Numbered from the stretch's first letter, positions 1 to 9,012 are shown. The stretch is DNA of 64,000 bases from an uncultured Actinomycetota bacterium (GCA_963781335.1 CAWAFS010000031.1:54059-118058), one strand, 5' to 3'. Numbers and translations are program-made. Notes: generated by a model not told the origin, from the sequence alone.

Positions 1-455
1 GTCGAGCCGGAGATGCTCACGACCCCGTTGGCAGGGGCGTCCCCGAGCAGCAGGAGCCCCTCCACGTAGGCCACGAGGGCCACCATCAGCGTGGCGAGGG
101 CGACGAAGGCCACCACGCTGACCAGCTTGGCGACGAGCAGGCGAAGGCGGGAGACGGGACGGACCAGCAGGTAGCGCAGGGTGTCGGACTGCACCTCGCC
201 GGCGATGGCGTCACCACCGACCACGGCCACGGCGACCGGAAGGAACAGCGGCAGCACGATGCCGAGCGCTGCGAGCGGGAAGAGTGTCCCGTCGGTGAGC
301 ACCGCCGAGAGGAACGGCGGCCCGGTGCCCGGTCGCGGCCCGAGGTCCGTGAGGGCCAGCAGCACCGCCACCAGCGTGGGCAGGGCGTTCAGGGCGATGA
401 TCGTGACCCACGTCAGCGGTCGCCTCAGCATCTTGGCGAGCTCGACCCGGATCAC
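1..455 (-). CDS. ABC-2 type transporter permease (5' part; gene runs off left edge)
   Basis: Not in ORF track because truncated. Minus-strand frame from GTG at 455 (GTGA overlap with ATPase stop) reads VIRVELAKMLRRPLTWVTIIALNALPTLVAVLLAL...GEVQSDTLRYLLVRPVSRLRLLVAKLVSVVAFVAL. Hydrophobic helices, high GC3, operon position after an ABC ATPase. Confidence 0.75.
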   Translation of the reverse strand, partial: MIRVELAKMLRRPLTWVTIIALNALPTLVAVLLALTDLGPRPGTGPPFLSAVLTDGTLFPLAALGIVLPLFLPVAVAVVGGDAIAGEVQSDTLRYLLVRPVSRLRLLVAKLVSVVAFVALATLMVALVAYVEGLLLLGDAPANGVVSISGS

Positions 456-1357
456 GGTGCCCGACTCTCGGACGGCGCGGTCGCCTCCAGGACGATCTCC
501 TCCAGGCCCCGCACGACGGGAGCGATCTCGCTGACCCGGATCCCGGCGGCGACCAGGCGCTGGTTCAGAGCGGCAGGGTCGTCGGCGCGCACGTGGACCA
601 CGTCCTCCGCTCGGTGCTCCACCCGCCCGTCGAGCACGGCGACCGCGTTGTCGACGTCGGGGGTCCGGACTCGCACCAGCCCGGTCGTGGTCCTCAGTGC
701 CGACATGTCCTCCTGCAGCACCAGCCGACCGCGCTCGAGGACGCCCACCCGGGTGGACATCTGCTCGATCTCGGCGAGCAGGTGGCTGGAGAGGAAGATG
801 GTCGTGCCGGCCCGGTTGAGTCCGACGAGCAGCTCACGGATGTCGCGGATGCCCTGCGGGTCCAGTCCGTTCGTGGGCTCGTCGAGCACGAGCAGCGGCG
901 GGCGTCGCATCAGCGCCGCGGCGAGCCCGAGACGCTGGCGCATCCCGAGCGAGTAGGCCTTCGCCGGCCGCCCGTCGCCGGGGTCCAGCCCGACCTGCTC
1001 GAGCACCTCCTCGATGCGGGCCCGTCTCCGGCGACGAGCAACGCGGGGGCCCGAGGCGGCGTCGAAGACAGCCAGGTTGGCGTGGCCGGACAGATGGGGG
1101 TAGGCGCCGGGACCCTCGACCAGGGCCCCGACCCGCGGCAGGACGGAGGCCGCGGCCCGGGGCATCCGCTCGCCGAAGAGCTCCGCCTCGCCTCCCGTCG
1201 CCAGCACCAGGCCGAGCAGTATCCGCACGGTCGTGGTCTTTCCGGACCCGTTGGCGCCGAGGAAGCCGTAGATGTCGCCCTCGTTGACCGCGAGATCGAT
1301 GCCGTCGACGGCCCGGATGCTCCCGTAGGTCTTGGTGAGGTTGCTCGTCCTGATCAA
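452..1357 (-). CDS. ABC transporter ATP-binding protein
   Basis: Walker A GANGSGKTT, signature-like YSLGMRQRL, Walker B LLVLDEPT. Start codon is TTG at 1357, overlapping the upstream stop. Confidence 0.93.
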   Translation of the reverse strand: MIRTSNLTKTYGSIRAVDGIDLAVNEGDIYGFLGANGSGKTTTVRILLGLVLATGGEAELFGERMPRAAASVLPRVGALVEGPGAYPHLSGHANLAVFDAASGPRVARRRRRARIEEVLEQVGLDPGDGRPAKAYSLGMRQRLGLAAALMRRPPLLVLDEPTNGLDPQGIRDIRELLVGLNRAGTTIFLSSHLLAEIEQMSTRVGVLERGRLVLQEDMSALRTTTGLVRVRTPDVDNAVAVLDGRVEHRAEDVVHVRADDPAALNQRLVAAGIRVSEIAPVVRGLEEIVLEATAPSESRAP

Positions 1358-2481
1358 TCGGTCCGCCTCACGTCGCGCAGCAGGTCGACCGCCGCCTCGC
1401 TCAGCGTCACCGGTGTGACCGTGCCGGTGAGCAGGAAGCTGGCTTCGTCGCCCTGCACCAGCCGGACCGAGATCGGCCCGACCTCGAGGGAGACGCTCGA
1501 GCCGGACGCCACGGCATCGCGGCTCCGCGCGAGCTGGTCGTGCAGACGTCCGGCCAGGGACCGTCGCAGGGGCACGGCGAGGACGGCCGTGGGTCCCCGG
1601 CCGTAGACCCCCACGGCCCCGAAGTCCTCAGGACGTCCCAGTCGGGGAAGGTCCGCGATGCTGTCAGGCACCTCGAGGGGTGCGAACGCATTGGCGCCCG
1701 CCGCGTCGTCCAGGGCCACGCCGCGTGAGAAGTCGAGGGTGGGAGCCAGCTGTAGGTCCGTGCGGCTCGGCGCCGGCTCCCCGAGGCTGACCCGGGTGAC
1801 CCGCGTGTCCAGGATCGGCACGCCGCCCACCGTGGCGTCGTACACCTTGACCCGGAGGGGCAGGCCGGACTCGAGGTCTGCCCACACGTCGACGCGCGTG
1901 ATGGTGGAGCGTTCGTCATTCGGCGTCAGTCTCAGACCGGCGGCGTCACGCCCGGCCTCACGCCGCGAGGGCAGGCGGGAGAGCTCCTCGGGAGTGGCGC
2001 CGGCGAGCAGGCGTGCCGCGAGCTCGGACGGGACCACGTCCACGTCGTCAGGCAGCCTGATCGGGGAGTACGGCGTGAAGTTGACCCGGTTCTCCTCGTA
2101 GTTCCAGCGCACCGTCAGACCGCCGTTGCGCACGAGGTCGGACTCACCGGTGGTGCGCAGCCGGTCGATTCGCCAGTCGTCGCGGTCGCGCCACCACACG
2201 CGCAGCTGGGTCTCCTCGCCCAGCAGCCGCGAGACGCCGCCGAAGGTCGCGCCGCTGAGCGGGACCTGGAGCGACCCCTGCGAGCGGACCTCGCCGGACC
2301 ACCCCCCGTCGGCTGCGTCGATCCGTTCGGCCAGCCGTACGGCGCTGATGTTCGTCTCCTGGGCGGGCAGGGCACGAAGGACGAGCGGGGCCGAGGCCAC
2401 CCCTGCCGCGACCGTCGCCACCACCAGCCAGCGCGCCCCGGGGACCATGCCGCCACGGTACGACGCGACCGAAGCAGGCAT
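1354..2481 (-). CDS. exported/membrane-anchored hypothetical protein, first gene of the ABC operon
   Basis: 375-aa ORF with N-terminal hydrophobic helix ([18 protein letters not shown]). 4-nt overlap with the ATPase gene. No catalytic motif recognised. Confidence 0.6.
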   Translation of the reverse strand: MPASVASYRGGMVPGARWLVVATVAAGVASAPLVLRALPAQETNISAVRLAERIDAADGGWSGEVRSQGSLQVPLSGATFGGVSRLLGEETQLRVWWRDRDDWRIDRLRTTGESDLVRNGGLTVRWNYEENRVNFTPYSPIRLPDDVDVVPSELAARLLAGATPEELSRLPSRREAGRDAAGLRLTPNDERSTITRVDVWADLESGLPLRVKVYDATVGGVPILDTRVTRVSLGEPAPSRTDLQLAPTLDFSRGVALDDAAGANAFAPLEVPDSIADLPRLGRPEDFGAVGVYGRGPTAVLAVPLRRSLAGRLHDQLARSRDAVASGSSVSLEVGPISVRLVQGDEASFLLTGTVTPVTLSEAAVDLLRDVRRTD

Positions 2482-2540
2482 CCTGTTCCGGCAGCGCTAG
2501 GGTCGGGCCCGGGCACGACGAGACCAGGAAGTTGTCGGAG

Positions 2541-5033
2541 ATGAGCGAGCAGGACCAGAGCGAGACCGTGGGCTACGACGTGCACGCCACCGAGGCCAAG
2601 TGGCTGCCGGTGTGGGATGAGCTCGACCCGTTCCGAGCCGACGACGACAGCCCGCGCGAGAAGCGCTACGCGCTGACGATGTTTCCCTACCCGAGCGGTG
2701 ACCTGCACATGGGTCACGCCGAGGTGACCGCGCTCCACGACGTGATCGCGCGCTACTGGTGGCAGCGCGGCTTCGAGGTGCTCAACCCGATCGGGTGGGA
2801 CTCCTTCGGCCTGCCGGCGGAGAACGCAGCGATCCAGCGCAACGAGCACCCGGCGACCTACACCTACGCCAACATCGAGACCCAGGCCGCGTCCTTCCGC
2901 AAGTACGGCATCAGCTTCGACTGGTCGCGTCGGCTGCACACCTCCGACCCGGAGTACTACCGCTGGACGCAGTGGCTGTTCCTGAAGCTGCGGGAGCGGG
3001 GCCTGGCCTACCGCAAGTCCAGCCCGGTGAACTGGTGTCCCAACGACCAGACGGTGCTGGCCAACGAGCAGGTCGTCGACGGTTTCTGCGAGCGATGCGG
3101 GGCCGAGGTGACCAAGCGCGAGCTGACGCAGTGGTACTTCAAGGTGACCGACTACGCCCAGCGGCTGCTCGACGACATGGACGACCTGAACTGGCCCGAG
3201 CGGGTGCTGACGCTGCAGCGCAACTGGATCGGTCGCTCGGAGGGTGCCCACGTCGACTTCGAGGTCACCACCGAAGGCACGGACCAGACCCGGACGATCA
3301 GTGTCTACACCACCCGCCCGGACACGCTGTTCGGCGCGACGTTCATGGTGGTGGCCGCCGACGCGAAGCTGGCCGAGGAGATCGTCTCCTCCGAGCAGCG
3401 GTCGGCCTACGACGACTACCTGAACCAGACCCGGATGGCCTCCGACATCGACCGGCTGACGACCGACCGCCCCAAGACCGGGGTGTTCCTCGGCGCGTGG
3501 GCGGTCAACCCCGTGAACGGGCAGAAGGTGCCGGTGTGGGCGGCGGACTACGTGCTGGCCGACTACGGCACCGGCGCGATCATGGCCGTCCCCGGGCAGG
3601 ACCAGCGCGACTGGGACTTCGCGGAGAAGTTCGAACTCCCGATCGTCCGCACCGTGCAACCGTCCGAGGCCTTCGAGGCCGGCGGCGGCAAGGCGTTCAC
3701 CGGCAACGGCCCGGCCATCAACTCCGCGAACGACACCGTCTCCCTCGACGGCCTGGACATCGACGACGCCAAGCAGACGATCATCGGCTACCTCGAGGAG
3801 CAGGGGAGCGGTCGCGGCGCGGTGAACTACCGGCTGCGTGACTGGCTGCTGTCCCGCCAGCGCTTCTGGGGCTGCCCCATCCCGATAGTGCACTGTCCGG
3901 AGTGCGGCGAGGTGGACGTGCCGGAGGACGAACTGCCGGTCGTACTGCCAGAGCTCAGGGGTGCCGACCTCAAACCGAAGGGTGTCTCACCCCTGGCAGC
4001 GGCCGAGGACTGGGTGAACGTGGACTGCCCGAGGTGTGGCGGACCCGCCAAGCGCGACTCCGACACGATGGACACCTTCGTGGACTCGTCGTGGTACTAC
4101 CTGCGCTACTGCTCACCCCACGACGACACCCAGGCGTTCGACCCCGACAAGGTGAACCTGTGGATGCCGGCCGAGCAGTACGTCGGTGGCGTCGAGCACG
4201 CGGTCCTGCACCTGCTCTACAGCCGGTTCTTCACCAAGGCACTGCACGACATGGGGCTGATCGACTTCGAGGAGCCCTTCTCGGCGCTGTTGAACCAGGG
4301 CGTCGTGATCAACCAGGGCAAGAAGATGAGCAAGTCGCTGGGCAACGGCGTCGACCTCGGTCAGCAGCTCGCGGAGTACGGCGTGGACGCGGTGCGGCTG
4401 ACCCTGGTGTTCGCCGGACCTCCCGAGGACAACATTGACTGGGCCGACATGTCACCCGCCGGCTCGCTGCGATTCCTGCAGCGTGCCTGGCGCCTCTCCG
4501 GCGACGTCACCTCGGCGCCGGGCACCTCGCCGGTCGACGGCGATGTCGCGCTGCGCAGGGTGACCCATCGGACGCTGCGCGAGACCGAGACGCTGCTCGA
4601 CTCGCACCGGTTCAACGTGATGGTCGCCCGGATGATGGAGCTCGTGAACGCCACCCGCAAGGCGATCGACTCAGGGCCAGGTCCCCAGGATCCGGCGGTG
4701 CGGGAGGCGACCGAGGCGGTGGCGATCCTGCTCTCGCTCGTCGCGCCGTACACCGCCGAGGAGATGTGGTTCCGGCTGGGTCACGAGCCCACCGTGGCCC
4801 GGGCGGGCTGGCCCGTGGTCGACGAAGCCCTGCTGGTCGAGGACTCCGTCACCGCGGTCGTGCAGGTGCAGGGGAAGCTTCGGGCCAGGCTGGAGGTCTC
4901 GCCCGACATCAGCGACGCCGACCTCGAGGCGGCGGCCCTGGCCGACGAGTCGGTGCAGCGTGCCCTGGAGGGCCAGCAGGTGCGCAAGGTGATCGTGCGG
5001 GCACCCAAGCTGGTCAACGTCGTCGTCGGCTGA
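2541..5033 (+). CDS. leuS: leucine--tRNA ligase
   Basis: Class I signatures HMGH (GDLHMGH) and KMSKS, CP1 editing region, about 830 aa. ATG at 2541 preferred over the TTG at 2532 used by the track. Confidence 0.97.
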   Translation: MSEQDQSETVGYDVHATEAKWLPVWDELDPFRADDDSPREKRYALTMFPYPSGDLHMGHAEVTALHDVIARYWWQRGFEVLNPIGWDSFGLPAENAAIQRNEHPATYTYANIETQAASFRKYGISFDWSRRLHTSDPEYYRWTQWLFLKLRERGLAYRKSSPVNWCPNDQTVLANEQVVDGFCERCGAEVTKRELTQWYFKVTDYAQRLLDDMDDLNWPERVLTLQRNWIGRSEGAHVDFEVTTEGTDQTRTISVYTTRPDTLFGATFMVVAADAKLAEEIVSSEQRSAYDDYLNQTRMASDIDRLTTDRPKTGVFLGAWAVNPVNGQKVPVWAADYVLADYGTGAIMAVPGQDQRDWDFAEKFELPIVRTVQPSEAFEAGGGKAFTGNGPAINSANDTVSLDGLDIDDAKQTIIGYLEEQGSGRGAVNYRLRDWLLSRQRFWGCPIPIVHCPECGEVDVPEDELPVVLPELRGADLKPKGVSPLAAAEDWVNVDCPRCGGPAKRDSDTMDTFVDSSWYYLRYCSPHDDTQAFDPDKVNLWMPAEQYVGGVEHAVLHLLYSRFFTKALHDMGLIDFEEPFSALLNQGVVINQGKKMSKSLGNGVDLGQQLAEYGVDAVRLTLVFAGPPEDNIDWADMSPAGSLRFLQRAWRLSGDVTSAPGTSPVDGDVALRRVTHRTLRETETLLDSHRFNVMVARMMELVNATRKAIDSGPGPQDPAVREATEAVAILLSLVAPYTAEEMWFRLGHEPTVARAGWPVVDEALLVEDSVTAVVQVQGKLRARLEVSPDISDADLEAAALADESVQRALEGQQVRKVIVRAPKLVNVVVG

Positions 5034-5064
5034 TGAGTCGACTTCCCGGGATGCGGAGAATTCA

Positions 5065-5084
5065 TGCCGCGTTCCGCTCGGTCG
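5065..5084 (+). repeat. 20-bp direct repeat TGCCGCGTTCCGCTCGGTCG, left copy
   Basis: Identical 20-mer at 7839..7858. Sits about 30 nt after the leuS stop. Confidence 0.9.
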
Positions 5085-5104
5085 ATGTGCGGACGCGCCC
5101 CGAC

Positions 5105-5494
5105 CTACTCGGTTTCCTGCACGACGCCGGCCGCTACTTGCGCGGCAAGTCGATCCACCCTGACTCGGGCCTCGTCGGCGCCCACTACTTCTTCTTCGAC
5201 GAGAAGCGTCTCGCCGTCCTCGTCGCAACGCCAGACCTCGAGGTACCAGATCGGAGGACCAGAGTGCCGCCGTTCCCCGCGCTCATAGCCCTTCCTGAGT
5301 AAGCGGTTGGCACGCCAGAGCATGAGCCTGGCCAGCCGCCCATCGCCAGCATCAGGCCTGAGCATCGGCCAGTCTGGGGGACCTGGCACCTCTGCGCTGA
5401 TCTGGTTGACCCGTCCGGCAGGGTCGGTTGCCCATCGCACGATCTGCACGTCGTTGGTGAGGTCCTCGCCCTCCGGGAGATCGTCGATATCCAC
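5105..5494 (-). CDS. hypothetical protein (islet)
   Basis: 129-aa ORF. GC3 clearly lower than in core genes. No family recognised. Confidence 0.5.
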   Translation of the reverse strand: MDIDDLPEGEDLTNDVQIVRWATDPAGRVNQISAEVPGPPDWPMLRPDAGDGRLARLMLWRANRLLRKGYERGERRHSGPPIWYLEVWRCDEDGETLLVEEEVVGADEARVRVDRLAAQVAAGVVQETE

Positions 5495-5590
5495 GCAGTC
5501 GATGATGCAGTACCGAAGTTGCTCTTGGTCAGTAAAGCCCGAAGTCCAACGTCCGCTTCTGCCGCCGATCCGCGCTTCCAGTGGGTTTGT

Positions 5591-5938
5591 TCAGTCCGCT
5601 ATCGGCATCGACAGCAGGATCAGGAACAGGCCGCACCAGATCCCGGTCACGAGCCCAAGGGCCGCAACAACCCCCGCCGTTCCGTCCAGCGGGCCGTCCT
5701 CCGGTGCGGGACGCTGCCTAATGGACACAAATCCCAGAGCGCTCAACGCTACAAACGCGAAGGGCGCCACGAAGGTCGCCAAGAAGTCAGCAGCCTCACC
5801 GAGACTGGACCGTATCGGTCCGGCAAGGACGAAGTGGGACCAGAAGGCGAGCAGCAGCACGGCTTGCAAGCAGGTCACAAGAACAACGGCGCGCGCGGGC
5901 CAACCCGAGATAGTCCTCTTGCCGCTCGCTATCGACAC
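5591..5938 (-). CDS. hypothetical membrane protein (islet)
   Basis: 115 aa with three hydrophobic helices (VVLVTCLQAVLLLAFW, FVAPFAFVALSALGFV, AALGLVTGIWCGLFLILL). Confidence 0.5.
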   Translation of the reverse strand: MSIASGKRTISGWPARAVVLVTCLQAVLLLAFWSHFVLAGPIRSSLGEAADFLATFVAPFAFVALSALGFVSIRQRPAPEDGPLDGTAGVVAALGLVTGIWCGLFLILLSMPIAD

Positions 5939-6053
5939 TCTCGAACGATCCCACAGGACTGCGGTGGTCGCTGGCCTATTCGGGCTCGCTGGTGAGCCTC
6001 TTCACCACCCTTTCCCTAACGCACTGACATGCCGCATAGTGCGCGCCTGCGGG

Positions 6054-6371
6054 TCATTCGAGAAGGGGTAGCTCGAGGTCATAGGCCAAGACCACGGCGC
6101 GCCCCAGTTGGGCCTCTTGTTCGGCGCTGAGGTATCCGACGGTGCGACCGAGCTGGTTCACCGGGACGGTGATGACGTTGTCGAGGGCGACCACGCAGTC
6201 GTGATCCAGCCCGTTGCCGGGTCCGACCAGGACCTCGCTGGACAAGCCCTTGATGGTGGTGGTGATGGGAGCGACCGTCACCTTCGTCATCGCAGCCCGC
6301 GCCGCCTCACGGGTCAAGATCAATGCCGGCCGGGTCTCGTCGAGACGCACCACGCAGATCTCGCGCACCAA
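6054..6371 (-). CDS. mazF: type II toxin, MazF/PemK-family endoribonuclease
   Basis: VREICVVRLDETRPALILT...APITTTIKGLSSEV is the typical MazF/PemK layout. TTG (6371) or GTG (6368) start immediately after the antitoxin stop. Confidence 0.8.
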   Translation of the reverse strand: MVREICVVRLDETRPALILTREAARAAMTKVTVAPITTTIKGLSSEVLVGPGNGLDHDCVVALDNVITVPVNQLGRTVGYLSAEQEAQLGRAVVLAYDLELPLLE

Positions 6372-6605
6372 TCAGTCCTCGACCTCGAGGTGGGTGCTGC
6401 TCCAATTCACCAGATCGTCCAGGTCGTCGGCGGGGCCGTGCTCACGCAGGACTTGGGCGTCTTGCTCGGCGGCCTGTCGACGCATTTCCCGCTCCACCGC
6501 GGCCGCGACGAGCGCAGCCCGGCTGGGGGCCAGGCCGGTGGCCACGGTGCGGTCCAGGAAGGCCACCATCTCGTCGGGGAGGCGAACGGCGATCTGAGTG
6601 CTCAT
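6372..6605 (-). CDS. type II antitoxin (ribbon-helix-helix, MazE-like)
   Basis: MSTQIAVRLPDEMVAFLDRTV is an RHH N-terminus, with an acidic C-terminus. Abuts mazF. Start taken at ATG 6605; alternatives are 6614 and 6629. Confidence 0.75.
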   Translation of the reverse strand: MSTQIAVRLPDEMVAFLDRTVATGLAPSRAALVAAAVEREMRRQAAEQDAQVLREHGPADDLDDLVNWSSTHLEVED

Positions 6606-6625
6606 GGGACCCATTGTTACCCGAC

Positions 6626-6644
6626 GCATCCCACTTTGGGATGC
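6626..6644. promoter_or_regulatory. palindrome GCATCCCA-ctt-TGGGATGC upstream of the mazEF operon (candidate operator)
   Basis: Perfect 8-bp arms about 20 nt upstream of the antitoxin start. Confidence 0.4.
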
Positions 6645-6980
6645 GCACTCGCATGCCGCTGATGGTGCCCGGAACTGCCGAGATCCGGTAGACGCTCAGC
6701 GGGGCTATGCACGTGATCTTTCGGACATACCGTGGCCTGTCGTCGACCACGACGCCCGAAGGACGATCAGTTCGAGGTCGCACGCGCGGTGTCCCCGCGC
6801 GCGCGGAACCCTCGCGGCCCGACCTGATCGTCCTTGTGGCGCCGCCCGGCGTCCGCAGCGGCCTTGGAAGGAGGCAGTTCGGGGAAGTGACCCGTCGCTC
6901 AGGCGGGAACAGGCATATGGCTGCCGCGAACTGCCTCCCTCTGATGCGCGGAGCCACGAGAACGGTCGATCGCACGCTTC

Positions 6981-7000
6981 TGCCGCTGTCGGTGCGTAGC
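6981..7000 (+). repeat. 20-bp direct repeat TGCCGCTGTCGGTGCGTAGC, left copy
   Basis: Identical 20-mer at 7550..7569. The pair brackets only the GNAT gene. Confidence 0.9.
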
Positions 7001-7067
7001 TTGCCGATGAGCGGTCGTCGTGGGTGAGCCATTTCAAGACGCTGATGGCCATGGCAAGGTCGTTCGA

Positions 7068-7543
7068 ATGGACGTAGCGATCCGGCCAGTCGAGGCAACC
7101 GACCACGAGGACGTGATGCGCTTGGCACCGCGACTGCTCGTCGGGGTGGACCCTTCCAGGCCGACCGATCTGGTACGCACGGCCATCCAGGACTGGGTGG
7201 ATGAGTCAGTGAAGTCCGCGGGCAGCGACGGCCAGGCCGGATGGGTCGCCGACACGACGGCTCCGTCATCGGGTTCGTCTCTGTGTCAGCAGAGGATCAC
7301 TGGTGCGGAGTGACGGATGCCTGGGTCGGGGAGATGATGGTGGAGGAGCGGTTCGAGAGGAAGGGCGTCGCCCGGTCGCTGATCGGTAAGGCCGAGGAGT
7401 GGGCAGCTCAACGGGGTCTCCGACACATTCGTCTGACGACAGGGGCCGCCAACCACGGAGCACGAGCCTTCTACGAGCGGCTCGGCTACAGACTGAACGA
7501 GGTCACCCTGACAAAGGAACTCCTCACCCAGCCGAGCGCCTGA
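7068..7543 (+). pseudogene. GNAT family N-acetyltransferase, frameshifted
   Basis: N-terminal half in the frame of ORF 7020..7313 (MDVAIRPVEATDHEDV...GQAGWVA). C-terminal half with acetyl-CoA motif (ERFERKGVARSLIGKAEEWAAQRG...FYERLGY) in ORF 7241..7543. Frames join near 7250-7260 if one base is restored. Confidence 0.8.
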
Positions 7544-7549
7544 CGCTCA

Positions 7550-7569
7550 TGCCGCTGTCGGTGCGTAGC
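7550..7569 (+). repeat. 20-bp direct repeat TGCCGCTGTCGGTGCGTAGC, right copy
   Basis: Identical to 6981..7000. Starts 7 nt after the GNAT stop. Confidence 0.9.
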
Positions 7570-7643
7570 GTCCGTCCGCAGATCGCGCGCGGTCCTGCCG
7601 CGAAGAGCGTCGGAGGCGGCGCTCTGGATGTAGCGTCGCAAGC

Positions 7644-7814
7644 ATGACCGCTGGCTCCCTCTTCAATGGCTTTGCGTTGCTCCTCGTCCTACTGATCATC
7701 GCTGGAGTGGCCGGCGGCATTGGATCAGTCGAGTTGCTCATCTGGCTCGCGCTCGTCACAGCCTGGATCGCGTGGTGGATGGTGAGTCGACGCAGGAGCG
7801 ACCCTGCCCCCTGA
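7644..7814 (+). CDS. small membrane protein, 56 aa (below the ORF-track cutoff)
   Basis: Own translation: MTAGSLFNGFALLLVLLIIAGVAGGIGSVELLIWLALVTAWIAWWMVSRRRSDPAP. Two hydrophobic helices plus a basic tail. Confidence 0.35.
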   Translation: MTAGSLFNGFALLLVLLIIAGVAGGIGSVELLIWLALVTAWIAWWMVSRRRSDPAP

Positions 7815-7838
7815 CACGGGCTGGCGAACGTCCGCAAC

Positions 7839-7858
7839 TGCCGCGTTCCGCTCGGTCG
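7839..7858 (+). repeat. 20-bp direct repeat TGCCGCGTTCCGCTCGGTCG, right copy
   Basis: Identical to 5065..5084. Followed directly by TGCCGAGATC, which also occurs at 6676. Confidence 0.9.
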
Positions 7859-7882
7859 TGCCGAGATCAGTGCAGGGGTCTA

Positions 7883-8478
7883 TTACTTCGGGGGTGTTTC
7901 GAGGGCCTGCCTGACGAGGGCGTCGACCATCCATTGTTGGAGGGCGCTGACTTCTGCGGGGGCGAGGCCAGCGACGTCGCTCAGCCAGACGCGGGTCTCG
8001 ATGCCACATGCGGCGCGGAATGCCAGCGCAAGCCGGCGGACGCCCTCTTCGCCGATCGACTCGGCCATTGGCTCGAGCGCCTCGATGAACCACGGAATGG
8101 CGCGGCCCTGGCGGAGCGGCAGCTCGTGCGGCACTTCTCCCAGCGAGAGGCGCAGCATCGCACGTTGCTGCGGCTCATTCTCCTGCACGCGGCTGATGAC
8201 GAACCCGGCAACGGCGGCCACGCGTTCGTCCACGGCTTCCGGCGGCGGGTCGGGAAGGGCGGACGCGGCTCCTGTCTCCGGGTATGCCGCGGCGAGAAGT
8301 CGGCCTGTGAGGTGAAGTAGCGGTAGGCGGTGGGGCGAGAGATCCCGGCAGCCTCCGCGACCTGCTCGACACGGGGGGTGTCGCCCGCGGTGATCAGCTC
8401 GCGCGCCGCAGCGATCAGTTGGTCGCGGGTGCGTTGCTTCTGCCGCGTGCGACCCGACTCGATGTAGTCCGTTGACAT
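7883..8478 (-). pseudogene. TetR/AcrR family transcriptional regulator, frameshifted
   Basis: HTH half (RDQLIAAARELI...VEQVAEAAGISRPTAYRYFTSQ) in ORF 7981..8478. Ligand-domain half (LLAAAYPETG...WMVDALVRQALETPPK) in ORF 7883..8488. Frames join near 8300. Confidence 0.8.
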
Positions 8479-8531
8479 GGTCGTTCATGATATGCCATTC
8501 TCATTACAAGACTCAAGTCTCATGAATGACC
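8479..8531. promoter_or_regulatory. divergent TetR/cupin promoter region with 12-bp inverted repeat (candidate TetR operator)
   Basis: GGTCGTTCATGA (8479..8490) and TCATGAATGACC (8520..8531) match at 11 of 12 positions as an inverted repeat. AT-rich spacer. Confidence 0.45.
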
Positions 8532-8541
8532 GGAGTGTCAG

Positions 8542-9012
8542 ATGACTGAAAGGACGATGCTCGCGCCGGTGATCCGACGAGCAGGCGAGGGCGAGAAGCG
8601 ATGGTTCTTCGGCGGTGGCGTTTTCACCTGGAAGCTCAGCAGTGCTAACGAGGACATCGGCCTGTGGGAGGTCGACATGGTCGAGGGCAAGTGGACCCCG
8701 ATCCACACCCACCCGGTCTCGGAGTCCATGTGGGTGCTCGAGGGGCAAATCCAGTACCGCGTCAACGACGATGAACACGAACTCGGTGCCGGCGACTTCG
8801 TCATGGTGCCCGCAGGCGTACCCCACGCCTTCATCGTCAAGAGTTCCACGGCCAAGGTGCTCGGCATCCAGCCAACATGCGAGTTCGAACCCTTCTACCT
8901 CGGCGCCAGCGAGCCGTTCGAAGGGTCGGCCTGCATCGTCGACTTCGCCAGGATCGCGCAGAGCGCTCAAGAGAACGGCGGCATCGAGATCGTCGGACCC
9001 CCACCCTTCTAG
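8542..9012 (+). CDS. cupin domain protein
   Basis: Cupin motifs PIHTHPVSESMWVLEG and GDFVMVPAGVPHAF. Divergent from the TetR gene. Confidence 0.8.
   Translation: MTERTMLAPVIRRAGEGEKRWFFGGGVFTWKLSSANEDIGLWEVDMVEGKWTPIHTHPVSESMWVLEGQIQYRVNDDEHELGAGDFVMVPAGVPHAFIVKSSTAKVLGIQPTCEFEPFYLGASEPFEGSACIVDFARIAQSAQENGGIEIVGPPPF

Noticed and set aside
2115-3893. 592-aa ORF on the minus strand
   Set aside because: It is entirely antisense to leuS. The Arg/Gly/Pro/Val-rich translation is typical of shadow frames in high-GC DNA, and no motif was recognised.
5037-5064. SalI (GTCGAC), SmaI (CCCGGG) and EcoRI (GAATTC) sites within 28 bp right after leuS, which looks like a polylinker
   Set aside because: No vector-like sequence flanks it. 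GTCGAC and CCCGGG are common in high-GC DNA. A single GAATTC is not enough to call an engineered junction.
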